Positions 12,295 through 25,590 of a DNA stretch of 64,000 bases are shown in pieces; position 1 is the first letter of the stretch, and each line of letters begins with the position of its first letter. A model generated the notes under the pieces. That model searched no databases. It saw only the letters and a program-made list of their open reading frames with translations, and was not told where the DNA came from. The DNA comes from Podarcis melisellensis (taxonomy: Eukaryota), in assembly GCA_964234715.1 (NCBI GenBank), contig OZ174277.1; one strand, given 5' to 3'. A program made the translations under genes and the position numbers.

Positions 12295-14904
12295 CAATTT
12301 CATGCAGCAGTTAACATGGAAAACCAGCTAGATCCTACATGTTTACTCAAAGGTCTCATTAACCTCATTGCGTTTCACACCGCAATATTATGCATCTTCA
12401 ATCAGAAGTAAATCCTATTGAATTCAATGGGTTTATGCTTAAGTAACTGTGCATAGGACTTAAGCCTTACTCTCTAGTAAGCATTTTTTAGGATTAGGAT
12501 CCCTTGCAGCCAATATTTCAAAAATATGTTTTTCTGTTGATAGTTTAAAAATAAATAAAAAATAGCACAGCCATAACTGGAAATTAGTACTTTTTTAGTT
12601 CAAATGTGAGATGTGGTTGCTATATTTTGAATATCCTCTCAGCTATTCCTATTGGTCGGATATCATTAACCCCCACTGACCTATTACAATCCAGGAAGTA
12701 TACATCGGTATTACTTTCTCTGATAGATAAGGTTGTACATGAGATCTGCAATAAGCTCGTGATAATACTATTGGTACCAGTGTCTATGTGAATCAGGATT
12801 TATATCTCTTTGTCACATACCCATACTATATTCAATAATACGGAAATATGTATCTTCCTTAGACTGACATAGAAGCTAGCACAAGCCTATCAGAAAAGGC
12901 TTACAGGAGGCTGAAGTGAGATTTTCCATTAAGCACACAAGATCCTATTGTTTGCGTGTAAAACTTGGGTATCAAAGGGAACTCAAATCAAGAGATGGCT
13001 TACTAGAAATATACAGATGTAGAATTGTGCCACATGTTACGAGGTGGAAACTGGAGAAGTCATGTGCTTTAAATGTGCTATGGAAATGCGTAGAAGACAT
13101 GGTGTAGAACCAATAGAACCAATGTGAATTTTCTAGCATCTATTTACCACCAACCTGTTGTCTTCAGAGAATAATTACGCATTTTAATCCACACATCTCT
13201 GCTTTCCAAATTCTTCAGTGAATCTCGTTTTCATCAACTGCCTGCTAAGATTGCCATAAACCTTGAGTGGGTTGAGCAGCTGGCAGTGACAGTGTTTAGT
13301 GATGAACTTCATAATAACATGAACGATCAGGAATACGTATGTGTTCATTTATGTGTCAGACTCTGGCACATGCAGCCCCCAGAAGAGCACCCTGCTAATT
13401 TGGAAAGTTGAAATTGTCAGTGGGGGAAAACAACAACACATTTGCATATGCCAAATTGTAAAAAGTGTGGCACCTTGCATATTAACTATCTGGGAAGCTG
13501 AGGAGGTCTGATAGGGAAAAAAATCTGGCGTTTTCATTCAGTTTTCCCAATCAGTTGAAGAAGAGAAGGAATCTCAGTTTCCTTCAAACACAACTTGACA
13601 CACTGTAAAAAATCATCACATGCAGTTTCAGTCCTTTGGGTCATTGAACCATTGATTATTCTACAGCAATTCATTGAGCAACAACACCACATTCTTAAAC
13701 CCCTTGCATTCTTTGCCTTCATTTTTCCCCCCTCAGTGGCGGTGCACTTTTAAAATTAGTTTGCTTTCCATGGCTGATTCCATGGAATATTGATTAGCAA
13801 AACTTAAACCTCAAACCTAAACATTTCTCCCGGCGTCTCTATTTGAAATGCTTTCTTAAGCTCCTTAAAGCATAGGCTTAATATAATGGGTTGAGGCAGC
13901 TTTCCGCCGGGCCAGTAGCATTCGTCTGTTGATGCAGCAAACGTTAGTATTGTAGTATTGTAAATCCAGCAAATGGGAGAACGTTAACAACTTTCAGCTC
14001 AGGGCTTTTCCAGATGACTTGTTTATTGAACATTCATCTTGATTTGTTTGCAGGGAGGCTAGATGACGTTGGCTATTTAACGAGTGTTTGCTCGGATGTG
14101 CTTGCTGGGAGGTTAGACAATGTTGCATCAAAAAAAGGTGGTGTCCCACACTTTCCAGTGCGTTTCCACCTCATTTTTCTTATCACAAAAAGCCCATTTG
14201 TGTTGTACAAGGCTTTCCAGTCAGCTATAATTGTGCCACCTGAATTTGCCGGTATGAGACTGAATCCCACCTGAAAATAAGCAGCTGTCTGGAAGCACCC
14301 TCATTGTTTGGGATCCATACTAGCTCTTCCATAAACATATAGACCCCTTTCATTTGAAGAAGGGCTGGAGATCCAGTAGAAGCTGGTGCTCATGGAAGGG
14401 AGACAGGAGGCAGCTTTTGCTGATTCCCACTTTCTCCTGCATTGACCCCCTGTTACCTCCCAGGCCGTTCCAAGGGTTTCACAACCTTACAAAGCAGATT
14501 GTCAGGCAGCTGGAGGGGAAAGGTGGAACCAGCAAGTATCACATTTCCTCCCTTCCATTGGTGAGAGGTTGCATAGAATCTCACTCATAGAATCTCTGGA
14601 GTACAACCTGTTATACTGGGGTGCGGAATCTCACAATTACGCCCCTCCAATCTTCTTTATCTTGAGCCTCTCTGCAAGCCACACTCATCACCGGCTGTGC
14701 TCTGTGCCTTCCTTTAATTTCCCCCTGTGTCTTGGATGTGATCTTGAACTGTAATAATGCCTACTGCCTGCCTGAGTGTGCATACAAACTTAGGCAAGCT
14801 AGGCATAAAACTTTATTGTCTCTCCCCAACAAGAACAGATCAGAAATGGGAAACTCCCGACTCCACCTGGATCCAACTATGCTAGTTAATGACTAAACAA
14901 GTCA

Positions 14905-15078
14905 GGAGAGGGTCTAACTCAGTGGAAAACCACAGGCTTTCCATGGAAAAGGTCCTCTGTTTACTTCCTAGCACCCTCTAAGTGGGAATGGGAAAATACT
15001 CCTGTCAGGAACCCTGGAGAGCCACTGCTAGTCGGTGCTGACCATGGACCAGTGTTGACAATGGACCAGTATTCCTAA
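14905..15078 (+). mobile_element. Degraded Squam3-like SINE
   Basis: Colinear similarity to 5232-5430 (ctcagtgg...gaaccctggagagccactgc...atggacca). Confidence 0.55.
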
Positions 15079-17226
15079 GCTATATAGCGATGCCATCCAC
15101 ACAAGAGAGTGAGACTATTGGTGCGAAGGGGTTAAAAACCTTGCAAGAATGCCCAATGCTCCTTGATTATGTATAATAAGAACAAACACCTCCATGCAGC
15201 AGTCATCAAAAGAACAGTCTTATCTGATCCAAATTCTACCCCCACCCCGTGTTGGTAGCAACTCTTAACATTAATCTAAGAAAATTCACGGTACATCAAA
15301 AACAATTGGTGTGCAATGTGAATGTAAAATTCAAGGGAGTACCTTTCATCTTGTTTGCTGCATGTACTGATGCTCTTTGTTTTTCAGCTAAGGAGCTGTG
15401 AGTAGTTAAATTATACATACAAAAGAGAAACGGCACAAATCCCACCTCAGCCTCATTATTCTCCTCTCATTCTAGAGGCTATGAACCCTGTACAAAGTTA
15501 TTTTGGTTTAATGGCTGCTCCCACTCCCTACCTCATGTACTAGGAGAGAATACCAACACCACTCAGTTCCTGATCATTTCACTCTTTTCCTTGGCACTCA
15601 GATAAGTCCCCCCCTCCAAGTTTTCCTTGTCTCATTCTTTGGCTTCTGGCATCTGTAGACTAGCAAAACAATATTTAATATCTACAGTCCTTAGCTTCCT
15701 GCTTCTCTCCTCACCTGCCTCCCTGAACTTTGAATTTGACTTCAATTACAAAGACCATCTATTTTATATACCAAGTAGGAAGCAGAGACCGCAGAAGTGC
15801 TACAGTTAGGAAGGGGCCTCCTCATAAACATCTTGGGAGTATGGAACATGTGGGAATAACCCATCTCCTACAATTTATGTTTAAATCTACTAACAGTCAC
15901 TGCTACTTCAAAGTCACTGATACGTGAGATATTTTTTAAAAAATAGAAACATAATGAGCAACAAATGTCAAAACATTTTGATCCTTGAAGGTATGTAGTC
16001 AGAAACTGCATTATTGTCGCATAATTGTATTAGCCACTCTGCTTCCATCTTGGATGTAAGATCTTTGCTACTTAAAGAGGAAGGTGAGCGATTTCGTTAA
16101 GTGAATAGCAAGAAATCGAGGAGGAGGGGCACTTGAAAGACTCAACAGGATTTTCAAAGCCTGCTTATGCAGCACGAGTCAGAAGGAAGAGCTGGAGAGA
16201 ATGTACTGCGGGAGGCGGAATCGCCTTACTTTCCACAGCGGCAAGAATGAAAGGAGCGAAGCAGAGATGACACAGGAGTAAAAGCAACAACCAAACAAAG
16301 CAAAGACAACATTTAATGCTTGCTTGTTGGTTTGTTTGTTTGCCATGAATTTGAAGAGATGGAAATAGGAGCTAGAAACATAATGGATGTTCACAGAAAA
16401 GCAGTGTGGCATTGTAGTTCATTTCCGAGACCACTTGCAGAAAAGTAATAGCACGCATGGAACAAAACCTCAGCAAACCTGGGTATAATTGACAATATAT
16501 ATGGGGCTGGCACTCATTCTTAGCCCCTCTCAGCACTGGAGTAGAGAGCAATCATGCCCATGGCCTCCAATTCCGTCACTTGGGTCGCTCTGAATTCACT
16601 TTCTAAACTTTATTTCACCTGCAAAAGGAACAGGAAATATTGCATGTATAACGGCAGCGTTGGGCTGTAATTGATTTTTGTGCCAGACAGACTCTTGAGT
16701 GCAGTAGTTATATGACTAGCAACAAGAAAAAGGACAAGGGCAGAAATATAAAAGCATGCAAGCCATAACCATTAAAAAGAAATCAATTTCCCATTGACTG
16801 CATAAGGATATGGCTTTGCCCCAAGCCCCTTGTTTTTCAACATTTGCAGCACCAGAGGTGGAGAAGCTAGTTAGTCCCTCAAGGTCAAGTGCTTTTTCTT
16901 TCTTTTCCGAATTAATCCGGCCTCATTGCCACCCGGAGGTCTGTGACTGTGGATTCGAATCGACATTTGACTGATGGACCTGCACTGAGAGAGAGTGCCT
17001 CTCCGCACAGCCACAAAGGGAGGCCAAAGCGCATGGAAGTATAACTCATCTCTGTAAGGGGATCGTAGAAATGCATTCTCTTGCCCAGCTCACAGCATCT
17101 CTCTTCAGCATGAGGGTCCCATTTGCTTCTGGGAAATCTTCTCTGGTGGGCAGGGCCAAAGGCCAAAGTGAGCAGAGCGATCAGTGTGAATTTGTCTTTG
17201 TACAGTAAGCTTGTTTCTTCACACTT

Positions 17227-17895
17227 GCAGATGAGATGAGAGGTGTGATGCAGCAGCAAAAAAATCTAACACTGTCCTAGGCTGTATTAACAGAAGAATA
17301 GTGTCCAGATCTAGGAAAGGAACAGCACCACTCTATTCAGCCTTGGTCAGACCACACCTGGAATACTGTGTCCAATTCTGGGCACCACAATTTAAGAAGG
17401 TTGTTGACAAGCTGGAATGTGTGCAGAGGAGGGCAACCAAGATGATCAAGGGTCTGGAAACTCAGCCTTATGAGGAATGATTGAAGGAGCTGGGTATGTT
17501 TAGCCTGAAAAAGAGGAGACTGGGTTGATATGATAGCCGTCTTCTAACAGCTAGCCTGGAAAAGAGAAGACTGACAGGTGATGTGATAGTCTTCTTCTCT
17601 TTTCCCATAGAAGAGGGAACAGTCTTGTTTTGTTCTGCTCTGGAAGGTAGGACTCAAGCCACTGCCTTCAAGTTCGAAGAAAAGATATTCCAACTAAACA
17701 GATGGAAAAAAATTCTGGCAGTAAGAGCTGTTGTCTCTCTCAGGCGGTTGTGGGCTCTCCTTCCTTGGAGGTTTTTAAGCAGAGGTTGGATAGCTATCTG
17801 TCATGGATGCTTTAGCTAAGATTCCTGCATTGCAGGAGGTTGGATTAGATGACCTTTGAGTCCCGTCCCAACTCCACAATTCTATGCTTCTATGA
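17227..17895 (+). mobile_element. CR1 LINE, 5'-truncated 3' fragment (degenerate RT C-terminus plus 3'UTR)
   Basis: Encodes LYSALVRPHLEYCVQFWAPQFKKVVDKLE, the CR1 RT C-terminus, and ends in the CR1 tail ATTCTATGCTTCTATG. Contains an internal duplication of about 50 bp at 17500-17595. Confidence 0.9.
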
Positions 17896-20800
17896 CATGA
17901 GGTTATATATCCTCCCTCCAGCAATCATGAAGCATTATCAGAGTTCATAGAGTGCAAGGACACTTTCCATCTGGGGAAAACCATGCAAGGGGGCTGCAAA
18001 TCTGGGCTAGTAAAGGATGTGACTCAGGAGGATGTGGTGTGAGGGTCCAGATAGAGAAGACTGGAAGGCCACATCTGCCCCTCAGGCCTGTGGTTCTCCA
18101 TACAAACTCCCCTCCAGGCCATACTGTCCCTGCCCCTTGCTACTGCCTGTCTACCTGCCCTGTCTGGGTGAGCAGGTTGAGAGACCTGAAATAGAAGCAA
18201 CCTCAGCACACCTTGAGTTCTCTCTCTGCTGGTCACCTGGATGGGGCCCAGAGAACAAGGGGAGCAAAGGTGTAGCAAAAACAACAGCCCACTCAAGGTG
18301 GTGGAGGTGGACGAGGCAGCATTTGTCACCTGAATCAGTTGCCTCCATGTGTCTAATGGTAGGGCCAGCCCATAATCCTCAGAAACTCAGTTTGATTTCT
18401 TTCTGAGTAGGCATGATTAGGGTTCTGCTGTGAGTTTTGTTTCTCATCTACAATAAGGATGTGACATGCGATGGAGCATTATTCATCTTCCGCCCCAGTT
18501 AATAAATACATGTATAAATGGCATTCTGGGGGAGGAAAAAAATGTGTATTCTAGATTGAGAAGCAAAGCACTTATTAAATGCGTCAGAATCAACAGGGCC
18601 ATACCTGGATGCTTCATTACAGAGAAATGAAAGGAACAAGACTCAAAATTCCCCAGTTTGCAATAAACCCTTGTAAGTAAACTATGCACTGCAGGGTGCT
18701 AATTTCATTTGCTCAAGGCATACAGCACAGCAGGAAGGCAACAGTTCATGAAAAAAAGAAAATAAGTTAATTGGCATAAAATACAAACCACACTGGGAAA
18801 TGAAGCCCCGACTAATACAATATTGCTCGTGTTGTATACAGAACACTATTTATCTATGTCCTCCCCCCTTCCTCTCTTTGGGGAAGTTTGAGCACTTCAT
18901 CCATGCATCTCTACTCTATAATTTTATGCTAAAGGTTTGATGGGGTCCTTGTCAAAGAGCCTTCTGCAGGCCCCTTGGTAAGGCCACAGGGTTACATTGT
19001 GACCGTGGCTACAAGCCACCATTTTAAATATGGCAGAATTACTGATTTAGCATTGCTCCAGGGCATCACAGACATTTTTAGGGGAGCTTCCAGCAGATCA
19101 GGGATCATCCTGCCGGTCTCCTGCCATCTGCCCAAGAGCACTGGACACGCTTGGCCTGTATATACTCAGATACATTTTTCAGAATGATCTATAAACTTTT
19201 ATTAGTCAACTGGAATTTTCAGTATCTTTGTCTACTGAACTTTGAAGAACCTCTAATAAATGACTGAGAGATCCTAGGACTCCTTGGGACACAGTTTGAA
19301 AGCCTCTAGCTCAGCATAATAATGCAGAGGGCTAGAATTTTAAATGGAAAATAAGGAACTTTTGTTCTGCATGCAAAATTGGATATCAATATTTTAAATT
19401 TCCCCATACTTGGAGTGCGATCAGTAGCAACACTGTCCTGTCATGTTGATGAGACAAGAGCTACCATTTTACCAATGAGAAGCATGTGAAAGAGTACAGT
19501 CATACTTTGCAGGCTATATCAGCTCTTCAGCTTACTTGGTACAATTATTAACCTTGACACCAGTAGGGTTATCCTGGAAATGCATCCCCTAACCCATTGT
19601 TTTAAGGCTCAGATGAATGTCAGCAAATGTTCTCCAAAGCAGATGGTAGCACACGTAGAGGGACCTAAAGCATACACTGAAATGACACAACCATGAGTCA
19701 TTTACTCTGATATTTATATACTGCAAAATGAATAATATTCTGCAAATGTGAACAGAAGCATCAAGCGGACTTTCCCCATGCAACACGGGGAAGGCTGGGA
19801 AGGGGCAAAGTGTATGTGTAGGGGTTGATGCAGAAGGATGTCGAGGTGGACCTTGCATTCATACCTCTACCACTTTCCACACTTTCAGCATTTGTTTATA
19901 CAGGCAAATGCCCCAACACCCCCACCCCAAAATAGGTGGGGAGGCAGAACTTTTTTGAACGTCTCCCCTCTTTTGTCAACATAGATCATTACATTCTCCA
20001 GCTTCTGTCATCCCCAGCCAACTTGGCCAAAAGTCATAGTCAGGAAGGATGATGGGATCTGGATTCCAAGAACAGCTCAGGGGCCACAAGTGAAGGAAGA
20101 TTACAAGACTGGTTAAGAAAGAGAGAGGGAGGGAGGCAAAGGGGAAGGTATCCTGGTGACAGAATGCACAAAACCATCATAGGACTACAACTCTGATAGC
20201 AAATACAGATATATTACTGGTGCTGTTTCTCTGAGGTCTGAAGAGACTGTTATACAGATTTTCAAATGCAGGGACGAATCCTCCTTAATCATTTTTGTTA
20301 CACCCCCCCCCCCCAAATATGGCATATTCTTATTCCCATCTGCCTCGGAGAGATTTCATTTTACTTGCATCGATTTAAAAAATCCAGGATATGGAATCAT
20401 TGAGAAATGTTCTACAAGAAATCCTTGACTGTTTCATGGTTCCTTGTCAGCGAGTCAGAGAATTCTGTCAGTTGTATTAACGAAGTGAAGAAAAGCACAA
20501 CAGGTTACACATCCCGAATCTTGTTTAAAATAATTGCCTCACTCACCGTTTAGATGTAGCGGACTGGTTAAGGTCACGAGCAAGGACAGATTCAATCAGC
20601 GCAAGCCAGCATCAAAGTATGTGCAACCGAGCAGTGGCCAATTAGTCATTCGCGGTGAATAAGCGCACTCTAAAAATCTCTGCCTCTTTGCAACTTTTTA
20701 AAAGACAAAACAACTCAACAACCAGAGAAGCTAACAACAACAACAAAATCCCAAGCACACTTCAGAACCAATCTAATTCAGAGCACCAATTAATAGTAAA

Positions 20801-22039
20801 ATAAGTACACCGATCCAACTTATAAAACAGTTACCCACAAAGCCTAATTGGTGGTGATCTTTTAACTATGTGTGTAGAGTAATAATCAAAATGGATCATT
20901 CTTGGGGGTGGGCATTCCGTGAGGGTATCAATTTGCAGCAGGTGTTACCTTGTGTTAACAATTGGCTTTTTAATCCAAAGCTTCTAAAGGTTAATTGGTC
21001 TCTGCAGCTTAATGATTAATCCAGCCCATCCCTTTCTTAAACAACTGGAACAGCACTATGCAGTTAAGAGCGTTTCTTTAGAATGAGGTGGTGTGGGTTT
21101 TTTTGGTGACCTATAGAAATTCCTGCAAATGCCCCTTAGATGAAAAGCAACAGAGTGTGAGATCATTACCATCATAATGGCCACCAAGCCACAGGGTTGA
21201 AGACAGTGAGCATTACTTTGCAGATCGACCAGCTTGCAGAAAGGGAATGAAACAGAGAGGTGGACAAACCTGGGACTAAAACCACACCACCGGTGTACTA
21301 AATATATTTTGAGAATTGTCAAAGAAAGTCTTCCACCAGTGTGGAAGAGAGACTAGAAACCCTAACCTGCAGGACTAGCATCTTTCAAAAGCCTGTGTCA
21401 AGAGAGTGAATATTCGCACATAGCCTGGGAACTGGCAGGGACAGGGCTGAGCAAAGATCTCAGCCTCTGCACATTAACTGACTGGCACCACTGTCTGAAT
21501 GATGCTCCCCTTGCCCCTGCTTTATGCACATCAGTAATGGGGCCAAATGTCAATCCGATGGCACTGCCAGGAAGCTAAGGTGTGCAACTTGAGAGCGCTG
21601 CTTGGCACTGCAGCTGCTCAGTTGAATGCCCTTAATTGTGGCCTTCTTGCCACAGTGCATGTGAGCCCCGTCAGGCCCCCAGTGTTTGCCTAATAATGCC
21701 ACGTTCCGTTAGCAAGCCTCTCTCTGCCTGGCTGGTAGCGTGTCCTGGCCTACGTAGTAAGGCTGCTGCAAGTCCTAGTTCAAGATGCCACCTGACGTCT
21801 TGCACTTCATCATCAGTGAATCAGATGGGAGTGCCTTCATTGTGTAAGGATTGCAAGTCAAACATGGGGCTGCGATGAATAAGGGAGCTGTCCAAATCCT
21901 GTTGGCTGGTTGTTGGACTAAGTGATCTGCAGTGGCTTCCTTTTAAGCACTAAACCAGGTTCTGCTACTTAATATGAACCCTAAACAATTATAGGCCATG
22001 TTACTTGAAAGACTGTTTCTTCCTTCACTGCCTGGTTAG

Positions 22040-22410
22040 GACATTAAGATCAATAAATGAAACCTGGTTAATTTTGCCATGGACTGATGAGTATTAGCTT
22101 GTGGCAAGATGGACGCAGCATTTTTTCACTGGTGGTACCTGTGTTGTGGAATGCTACAAGAACACAGCATATCACTGGCTCTTAGAGACCTATCTGTTTA
22201 GACAACCATTTACCCAAACTCCTGACCTGAACCTCTTGCTTTTAATGATTTTAACTCTTTTATTTGTTGTGCTGTTTAAACCAGCTTGCTTTATTGTACA
22301 TTTCAATTGTGAACGTCAGAAGGTTTTGATTAAATAGTTTTATTGTGTATTTTTAATTATGTGTGTTTTGTGGCTAGTTTTATACTTGTAAACTGCTTAG
22401 GCTATTAATC
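22040..22410 (+). mobile_element. Degraded L2-like 3' end
   Basis: 'ggctcttagagacctatctgtttagacaa' followed by a T-rich 3'UTR ending 'tgtaaactgcttag'. Boundaries approximate. Confidence 0.4.
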
Positions 22411-23814
22411 AGGAAAGGAAGGAAGGAAGGAGAAAGAAAGAAATTTCCTCCACCTGAGTGTTAGATAAAACAAAGAGGAACAGCCCTCCCTTCCAGCTAC
22501 ATAGGACTCAGGTTTCACATCGTGCAGACATTCATAATTTGCTCACCATCTATGACAAAGCTGGGAAAGGAGCATGCTGCTATCATCCCCCATGCTGAAT
22601 GAGCTACTAACTTCCTTTTTCAGTAACTTCTGCTCTGCAACATAAATATATTGCACATAAAATGTGACAAACAGTATACTTCAATGCATGTCCCCCCATC
22701 ACCCTTTGGGTTTCCAGCGATGCACAATAGATGCACTTAAGGAGACAAAAGATCATTGCAATGTCCTGCCACATTTCCCACAAAAATGATAAATGGCGCA
22801 TAAACATTGATGAGACACTAACCGTCTCCATAAAATATATAGCGCCGCCACCTCACCCATCCATCCCCAAACAGAAGGTGACATCGTATGCTGGCAATTC
22901 ATCTAAGCAAAAATTTGATGAGAAAATTAATTTAAATTGGCTTAGTTGTGCAGTGTTCGTTTTGCAGTTTCTCTGCGTCTGATTTATTTTTAATAAGGGA
23001 AATCGAGATTTTATGTTCCTTAATTAATGTGTTAATGGGTTTAATCAACTTACAGCTCTGCTGGGCTATTTAAGATCCCCGTGCTTCATTTCAGAACAAA
23101 ATATTAATGAAGTTATGTTTCCTGAAGGAATGCAGAATTTATCCATGAAATATATTGATATTAATGCAATCAATAAATGATATATTAATTTACTTTCCTT
23201 CCACCTTGCAAGCAATGTAAATAATGGTCATATTTCTTAAATGAAAGGATACTATTCTGACTTACTGTTTTAAGTTTGCTCCATAACATGTTTAAAAGGA
23301 AAAAAACCAAAAAACCAAAATACCAATGGGCACATATGTTATACTTCACCTCTTTTTATGCTTCCTCCAGTATTTTACTTATTTATAGTGGTTTTATTTA
23401 AAAATTTAATGACCCCCCATTTCCATGAACTTAAATCACATTTCCTTACTAGCTGAAGGCGTGCAATGGAGAACAAGTTAGGTGTCCTTGAGCTCCTTTG
23501 GAATCAATAAACTACAAGCTCTCATTCAAGAAATTACCGATTTAGCTCAATCAAATGTGAAATTCATCCCTTCTCAGTTTCTGCTGGGCCACTGTTGCCT
23601 TCCAGCGAGGGCAGAAACCACAACTGGCGGAATCCCTCTTTACAGAATTATTGAAGGGATGTACACCAGTCTTGTCTGAACATTGACTATTGTACAATCT
23701 TGTGTGTTCTTCGCTTCCTGGCTCACAAACTTCACTGCCCCCACCCCCAAACCTCCCTTGCCAATTCACTTATTTCCTGTGAAATTTGTGCACCCCTCAC
23801 CTTTCTATGGCTTA

Positions 23815-24005
23815 TACTAGGGGAAGGTAAACGGCGTTTCTGTGCATTCTGGCACTTATCATGGTGTCTCGTTGTGCCAGAAGTTGTTCAGTCCTGCTGG
23901 CCACATAACCCAGAAAGTGGCCAAACGCTGGTTACCCTCGGCCTGAAAGCAAGATGAGTGACTTTGACTGGACTGAACCATCCAAGGACCCTTTTCCTTT
24001 TCCTT
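23815..24005 (+). mobile_element. Degraded Sauria SINE 3' half
   Basis: 'gggaaggtaaacggcgtttctgtg...cctcggcctgaaagcaagatgag' matches 3185-3375. Confidence 0.7.
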
Positions 24006-24009
24006 ATTT

Positions 24010-24090
24010 GAGCTTCCTGCATTGCAGGGGGTGGGTTAGTCTAGATGACTCTTTGGGTCCCTTCCAACTCTACAGTTCTATGGTTCCATG
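24010..24090 (+). mobile_element. CR1 3' tail fragment
   Basis: 'ttcctgcattgcaggggg...tagatgact...cttccaactctacagttctatg' matches 17822-17895. Confidence 0.75.
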
Positions 24091-24419
24091 GTATATGTAA
24101 CCAGTGAAGAATTACTACTTCAGCTGGAGATGCCTTTGCATTTTCTACCACAGCTACTTGTCAGCTGAATCGGCAAATTGGTTTTTAAATGGAGACGTGT
24201 CTTGCTGTTTGGCAGCAGTGGAAACTTAAAAACACCCCTCCAGCTGTGCACATATTTATCCATGCACACAGAGATTGCAGGCTTGCTTCTGGTCTGTGAA
24301 ACAACCAGAACAGGCTACAATTACACAGAAGCCGATGAGATTTAGGATGAACACTTGACTTACCAAGTGGTGCACTGAAAGCCAGCCAGTGATGAAGTTT
24401 CTGCAGCAGGCTAGCAACA

Positions 24420-24780
24420 TCGAGACTGTAGTTCAGTGTCACAACATGTGCTTTGCATGTAGAAAGTCCCTGGTTTCATCCCTAGCATCTCTAGATAAGG
24501 TTGGAAAAGACAATGTCCGGCATTCTGGAGAGCTGTTGCCAGCCAGTATGTAGACTAGCTTCCCCCAGGTTGGTGACTTTCAGATTGTGTTGGGCTCAGA
24601 CTCCCATCAGCCCCACCCAGCATGGTCAATGGCCACAGTGATGGGAACCAGAGTCCAGTGGCATCTGAAAGGCATCAAGCTGGGAAAGGCTACTATAAAC
24701 AGTTGTAAGCTAGATGGGCTGGCCAGTCATCTGACTCAATAGCAAGCAGTTTCCGATGTATCTAAACTCTATGTTCCTTA
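24420..24780 (+). mobile_element. Squam3-like SINE with a palindromic MITE inserted (about 24558-24692)
   Basis: SINE head 'gtagttcagtg...tgctttgcatgtagaaagtccctggtttcatcc' and tail 'ctatgttcctta' flank a copy of the palindromic MITE. Confidence 0.55.
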
Positions 24781-24908
24781 AAAAGTACCCTGGAGCTTTG
24801 GAGTCATTTCATTTAGAATTGATCTTTTCCTTCAAGTCTGAAGGATATATGCTACACATAGCAGCCTTAATCACATACAATCTCCCACTTCTCCAGGAAG
24901 CTCATGGT

Positions 24909-25590
24909 TGTGAGTCAAGGACCCGCCACCCATTAGAGATAAATAAGACACAGGGACACATGTATTTTAGGTTAATGGGCTAAAGAAGACCACAACTTTA
25001 TTGGTTACAGCGTGTGAGTGGTATTGACTTAGTCATTGGATCAAGCAATCTATAAATGACTCCAACCTAGTCAGCGGGAAGTCATCCGAAGGTTAACAAC
25101 CAGTGGGAGGAGCTTGTTGATGCAAATACAACTGGAAGCTTCCCCTGATGCCACCGGGGGTCGTGCCATGGCCCTAGCCACCAGCAGGGCATCGGACAAG
25201 ATCCACGACCGCCGGATTCCTTTAACGGAATACCCAACAAGGGGAGGGGTAGGTGAAGGCCACAACCTGCCCTCCATCACATGACACATATTCCAATGCC
25301 TAACCGCCACCCGAGCCAAAAAGGGCTCACCCCCAAATACCCTCACAGCTGCAACCAATCCCTAATGCTTTTGATGATGTCGGCCAACCACACATCATTT
25401 CCGAGATCCAACAAATGAACGCCATTGTTTCGAAACAGAGACGTCTCACTGAACCTGATGCCAGCGTGCTTGATCACTTGGCCATTAATATAACACAATT
25501 TGCGGGCCACCACGATTCAAGAGTTTCCTGGGTTTGTCGATGGCCACAGGGCAATGACTGCCATGCCAAACTCTCCTCTTCAGAAGGCTA
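24909..25590 (-). mobile_element. Ngaro/DIRS-like (tyrosine-recombinase retrotransposon) 3' remnant with SGNH-hydrolase pseudogene fragment
   Basis: Minus strand of about 25590-25350 translates, with one frameshift, to SLLKRRVWHGSHCPVAIDKPRKLLNR/VARKLCYINGQVIKHAGIRFSETSLFRNNGVHLLDLGNDVWLADIIKSI. This is the SGNH block V motif (D/N)GVHL. It is followed by a GC-rich 3' region and AATAAAGTTGTGG. Confidence 0.7.

Noticed and set aside
24909-25347. TGTGAG...CTCACA as a solo LTR
   Set aside because: No TSD, and the sequence continues directly into the SGNH coding relic, which favours a Ngaro/DIRS origin.
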